A DNA stretch of 63,857 nt, counting the filler, from Candidatus Rokuibacteriota bacterium (GTDB lineage: Bacteria; JAUVQV01; DATDCY01), in the NCBI GenBank assembly GCA_031406795.1. It is 5 parts of 5 records of this genome, joined end to end, with 100 filler letters (N's around TTAATTAATTAA, not from the genome) between each part and the next. Parts side by side here need not be neighbours in the genome. Positions count along the whole stretch, not along the records: positions 60,047 to 62,154 come from JANOHV010000248.1; positions 62,255 to 63,857 come from JANOHV010000138.1; 3 more parts are not named here. One strand, 5' to 3'. The notes beneath the pieces were generated by a model. It made no database searches. It was not told the origin of the DNA and was given only the letters and a program-made list of their open reading frames with translations. Positions 60,160 through 63,857 of this stretch are shown in pieces (the first letter of the stretch is position 1; each line of letters opens with the position of its first letter). Made by a program: the position numbers and the translations under genes.

Positions 60160-60795
60160 ATGAAGAAGCTCAGTGTCTTTGGCGCAAGCGGGCGAACCGG
60201 TCTGATGCTCATCAACAATGCCGTTGAACGGGGACACGCCGTGACGGCATTCTGCCGAAGCGAATCGGACCGGCAGTATCTCCCGGAGAATGTGGAATGT
60301 GTCGTCGGTGATCTGCTCAACCCGGAGCATCTGGATCGGGCTGTGGCCGGGGCGGACGTGGTGATCTGCGCATTCGGGCCGCGCGAGCCGTACAGGGATG
60401 TCTTCTGTGCAGCCGCGACCGGCGGGATCATCGGGGCCATGAAGAAACATCGGGTCGACCGGCTGCTCTGCATAACCAACGCGTTGGCCGGCGATTACCC
60501 GAAGAACCGGTCGCGCTTCATCAAGGTCATGGCCCGGCTGGCCAGGCTGCTGAAAGCCGCGGTGGCGGCGGACCGCGACGAGCAGGAGCGGAGCGTCGAG
60601 GAAAGCGGTCTGAACTGGACGATCGTCAAACCGTCCGAATTGATGGCCGAAAACGAGAAGCCCCGGTTCGTTCACGGCGAAGATCTGCTGATCGATGCCT
60701 ATTCGCGCATCTCGCGGTATCACTTGAGCACCTTCCTGCTGGATCATTTCGAGGCCGACCAGTATTCTCGCAAGAAGGTCTTTCTGCGATATTGA
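60160..60795 (+). CDS. NAD(P)-binding oxidoreductase (BVR-B/NmrA-like SDR)
   Basis: RBS AGGAG; VFGASGRTG, GH.VTAF.R, SGLNWTIVKP. Confidence 0.88.
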   Translation: MKKLSVFGASGRTGLMLINNAVERGHAVTAFCRSESDRQYLPENVECVVGDLLNPEHLDRAVAGADVVICAFGPREPYRDVFCAAATGGIIGAMKKHRVDRLLCITNALAGDYPKNRSRFIKVMARLARLLKAAVAADRDEQERSVEESGLNWTIVKPSELMAENEKPRFVHGEDLLIDAYSRISRYHLSTFLLDHFEADQYSRKKVFLRY

Positions 60796-60907
60796 ATCTC
60801 CGCCGGGGGGGAGCACACCGGATTGACACCCGACCCGGGGAGGATCGGCGCCGGTGAAATTCCCGCAATTGCCCGAAAGTCGCCTGTCAAATTGACAAAG
60901 CCCGATC

Positions 60908-62154
60908 GTGGTCGGAGAATCGCGCCCACGATGCGAAGATCTTACCGACACTTGGCTCTGCGCGGCACAATCAGGAGCTTCGGAGCACTCGGCACATTCC
61001 TGTGAGTCAACCGTAGGCGTGCCGCCCCGATCCGTTCGCCTCCGACCCTGGCAGAAAGCGGCTCTTGAGCGATTTCAGGCCTCTGCGGCGCCTGATTTCC
61101 TGGCCGTAGCCACCCCCGGCGCCGGCAAGACGACCTTCGCGCTGACGGCGGCCTTGCAGGATCTTTCGCGGCACCCGATGCGGCGTGTCGTGGTGGTGGC
61201 ACCGACCCAGCACCTCAAACACCAGTGGGCGCGGGCGGCGGCCAGGCTCGGCCTTCATATCGAGCCCCAGTGGTCAGCCCGCGACGGCCGGTTGCCGAGC
61301 GACATGCACGGCGTCGTGGTCACCTATCAACAGGTCTCCCTCCAGGCGATGGCGTTGCAGGACCTGGCGCTCGATGCCTTCGTCATCTTCGACGAACTCC
61401 ATCACGCCGGAGACGACCGGGCCTGGGGTGACGGGATCCGTTCGGCGTTCGCGGGCGCCGCCAGGCGGCTGGCCCTTTCGGGCACCCCGTTCCGGTCCGA
61501 CACGACGGCGATCCCTTACGTGCCCTACGACGCCTGCGGGGAGGCCCGCAGCGACTACGAGTACGGATACGGCGAGGCGCTGGTCGATGGCGGCGTGGTG
61601 CGCCCCGTCTATTTTCCGCGCACCGACGGCCACATGGAATGGATCGGGCCGGACGGCTCCGAAAACTCGGGCAGCTTCGACGATCCCCTCGGCCCGGTTC
61701 TGTCCGGCCAGCGGCTGCGTGCCGCGCTGTCGCTCGACGGCGAGTGGCTGCCGTCGGTGCTCGACCAGGCCCACGCGCAGCTCATGGCCATCCGTTCGAC
61801 GCAGCCGAACGCGGGGGGCCTCATCATCGCCATCGACCACGACCACGCCCGCGGCATCATCGAGCTGCTGCGCCTGCGCCACGGCGTGAGGCCGATCCTG
61901 GTGCTGAGCGACGACCCAACGGCGTCGGCTCGGATCGAGCAGTTCGCCGAGGGCTCGATGCCCTGGATCGTCGCCGTACGGATGGTTTCGGAAGGCGTCG
62001 ACATCCCCCGCCTGCGGGTCGGCGTCTTCGCGACCACGACCGCCACCGAGCTCTTCTTCCGTCAGGCGGCCGGCCGGCTCGTGCGCTGGACCCGCGGCAT
62101 GCGCCAGCAGAAGTCGTTCTTCTTCATCCCTGACGACCCCCGGCTGCGCGAAGC
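60908..62154 (+). CDS. DEAD/DEAH-box SF2 helicase (ResIII-like), 3' truncated; start probably near 61019
   Basis: LRPWQ, ATPGAGKT, DELHHAG, LSGTPFRSD, MVSEGVDIPRL. Confidence 0.88.
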
Positions 62155-62254
62155 NNNNNNNNNNNNNNNNNNNNNNNNNNNNNNNNNNNNNNNNNNNNTT
62201 AATTAATTAANNNNNNNNNNNNNNNNNNNNNNNNNNNNNNNNNNNNNNNNNNNN
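62155..62254. other. Artificial contig linker
   Basis: N-run with TTAATTAATTAA. Confidence 0.99.
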
Positions 62255-62255
62255 C

Positions 62256-62813
62256 TTCTCGGCCGACCACGGCGTGTTGCACCTGTTGCGCCGGATTTCC
62301 ACAGGTAGGGCGCGGACTCCGCTCCGCGCCGCAGCGTCCATGCCCACGAACCTCGATCTCTTCGACGAGGCCGAACTCTGGCTCGAATCCACCAACCAGG
62401 GCCGCACCTGGTTCATCTCGGAACACCGCCTCATCCAGCGCCACGACGGCATCGGCCGGTCCTACGAGACCCTCAAGGCCGCCGCCGCCCTCTGCACCCT
62501 GCTCACCCGCAATCCCGTGCCCGACGAGTCCCGCGCTGACGTGACCGACCTGCTCCGGACCAGCCTCGGCGCCCTCGCTACCGGCGGCCGGCCCGACATC
62601 GTCTGGCTCAAGGCCCTCTACTGCCTCCTCCGCGACGAAGGTTATCCGGTAAAACAGCAATGGTGGCCCGGGTTGACCGTCGCCGACCGCGACGCCACCG
62701 CGCACCTGCTCAACCAGCCCCTCGCCGCCCAGACCGCCGACCCGGCCACCGTGGCCAAGATCACCCGCCGCCTCGAGGAATGGGTCGCCGCCGAGACGGA
62801 AATCCGGTTGTAG
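62256..62813 (+). CDS. Hypothetical protein, possibly divergent RecO-like, 5' truncated
   Basis: FSADHG..., LDLFDEAEL, helical C-terminus with EGYP; weak resemblance only. Confidence 0.5.
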   Translation, partial: FSADHGVLHLLRRISTGRARTPLRAAASMPTNLDLFDEAELWLESTNQGRTWFISEHRLIQRHDGIGRSYETLKAAAALCTLLTRNPVPDESRADVTDLLRTSLGALATGGRPDIVWLKALYCLLRDEGYPVKQQWWPGLTVADRDATAHLLNQPLAAQTADPATVAKITRRLEEWVAAETEIRL

Positions 62814-62838
62814 GGCGTGATCACTGACACCGCCGATA

Positions 62839-62906
62839 GAGGGCCCGCGTCTCTGCGGGCCGTCTTTCGCACTATCCAAACCCGGCCCGCAGGGACGCGG
62901 GCCCTC
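62839..62906. repeat. Inverted pair of 24-bp REP-like palindromes
   Basis: GAGGGCCCGCGTCTCTGCGGGCCG / CGGCCCGCAGGGACGCGGGCCCTC, 1 mismatch. Confidence 0.75.
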
Positions 62907-62964
62907 CAGAAGGCGATTCCCTCTTTCCTTCCGTCTGTTCCGTGTGTTCCGTGGTGATTCCTTC

Positions 62965-63857
62965 ATGCATTTCTCCCTCGCAACCCGCACCGTCAGCCTG
63001 AGCGTCGGCGAATTCGCCAATTTCAGCCTGGGCCCGCAGGAGAGTGGCGGCGGGCCGCAAGGCCTCTGGCGCGCGCAACTCGGCCAGCACTGGCATAACG
63101 AACTCCAGAAGCGCACGCTCGCCGAGTCGCCCGCCGCCCAGTTCGAGGTCGTCATCGATGGCCGCCTCACGCACCGCGGCTGGACCTTCGCCCTCACCGG
63201 CCGCATCGACCAGTTGATCGGCAACACCCTTCGCGAAATCAAAAGCGTCATGCGCCCGCTCCCGGCGGAGGAGACCGCGCTGCGCACCGACTATCCGGCC
63301 TACTTTCTCCAGCTCTCCGCCTACGTCGTCCTGCGTCGCACACTCGGCGCCAAGGACACGCGCGCGGAACTCGTCTTCGTCGAGGCCGGCTCCGGCCTGG
63401 CCCAGACCATCGCGCTCACGCCCTTTGACGAGGCGCTCGTCTTCCATCAGCTCGACGCCGTCGTCGAGTTCCTGAACCAGCAGCTCCGCGCCACCGCCCG
63501 CCGCCGCACACTGGTCTTCCACCCCCCCTTTCCCACTCTGCGTCCCGGACAGGAGACGATTCAGAAGGATTTGCTCTCAGCTTTCAGCTCTCAGCCCTCA
63601 GCTCTTCTCTTCGAAGCCCCCACCGGCTACGGCAAGACCGGCTGCGTCCTGGAGTTCGCCCTCGGCCAGCTCAAGTCCGGCCGCTTCGCCCGGCTCATCT
63701 GGCTGACCGGCAAGTCCACCGGCCAGATTCACGTCCTGCACACCCTCCGCCAGATGACCTCCCCGGAAACTTGTCATATAATGGATGACAAACTCCCCCC
63801 CCAGTCTTCAGGTTCAGGGTCATCTTTCTATCGGGATAATTCACCCGCCTCCCAGCC
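62965..63857 (+). CDS. DinG/XPD-like helicase with N-terminal PD-(D/E)XK-like domain, 3' truncated (absent from ORF track)
   Basis: MHFSLATRTVSLSVGEF...GRIDQL...EIKS...QLSAY...PFPTLRPGQ...FEAPTGYGKT; open to the window end. Confidence 0.85.
   Translation, partial: MHFSLATRTVSLSVGEFANFSLGPQESGGGPQGLWRAQLGQHWHNELQKRTLAESPAAQFEVVIDGRLTHRGWTFALTGRIDQLIGNTLREIKSVMRPLPAEETALRTDYPAYFLQLSAYVVLRRTLGAKDTRAELVFVEAGSGLAQTIALTPFDEALVFHQLDAVVEFLNQQLRATARRRTLVFHPPFPTLRPGQETIQKDLLSAFSSQPSALLFEAPTGYGKTGCVLEFALGQLKSGRFARLIWLTGKSTGQIHVLHTLRQMTSPETCHIMDDKLPPQSSGSGSSFYRDNSPASQ

Overview
High-GC bacterial sequence made of five contigs joined by artificial 100-nt N/TTAATTAATTAA linkers (1-27687, 27788-49164, 49265-59946, 60047-62154, 62255-63857), typical of a concatenated MAG. 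Main signal: a LysR-fronted sulfur/selenium redox gene cluster (2164-9432) with three selenoprotein candidates that the ORF track misses or splits. Two are NEPxGxxU thioredoxin-like proteins (2977-3240, 9112-9432). The third is a rhodanese-DsbD-thioredoxin fusion with two in-frame UGAs in its active-site loop (7350-9089). Each UGA is followed by a SECIS-like hairpin. The cluster also carries two TauE transporters, an SQR-like flavoprotein and a NarI/DsrM-like plus CCG/HdrD-like pair. Also present: a Cys-rich metallothionein-like lipoprotein, two convergent >20-heme cytochromes, a RAYT transposase flanked by 48-bp tandem REP arrays with dispersed REPs, a second ~120-140-bp structured repeat family with compensatory stem changes, a decayed toxin-antitoxin/defence mosaic, and core genes (rpoD, 3 tRNAs, rnpB, dusB, greA, trxB, ilvD). 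The last contig looks taxonomically foreign. All calls are from manual reading and motif recall; no searches were run.
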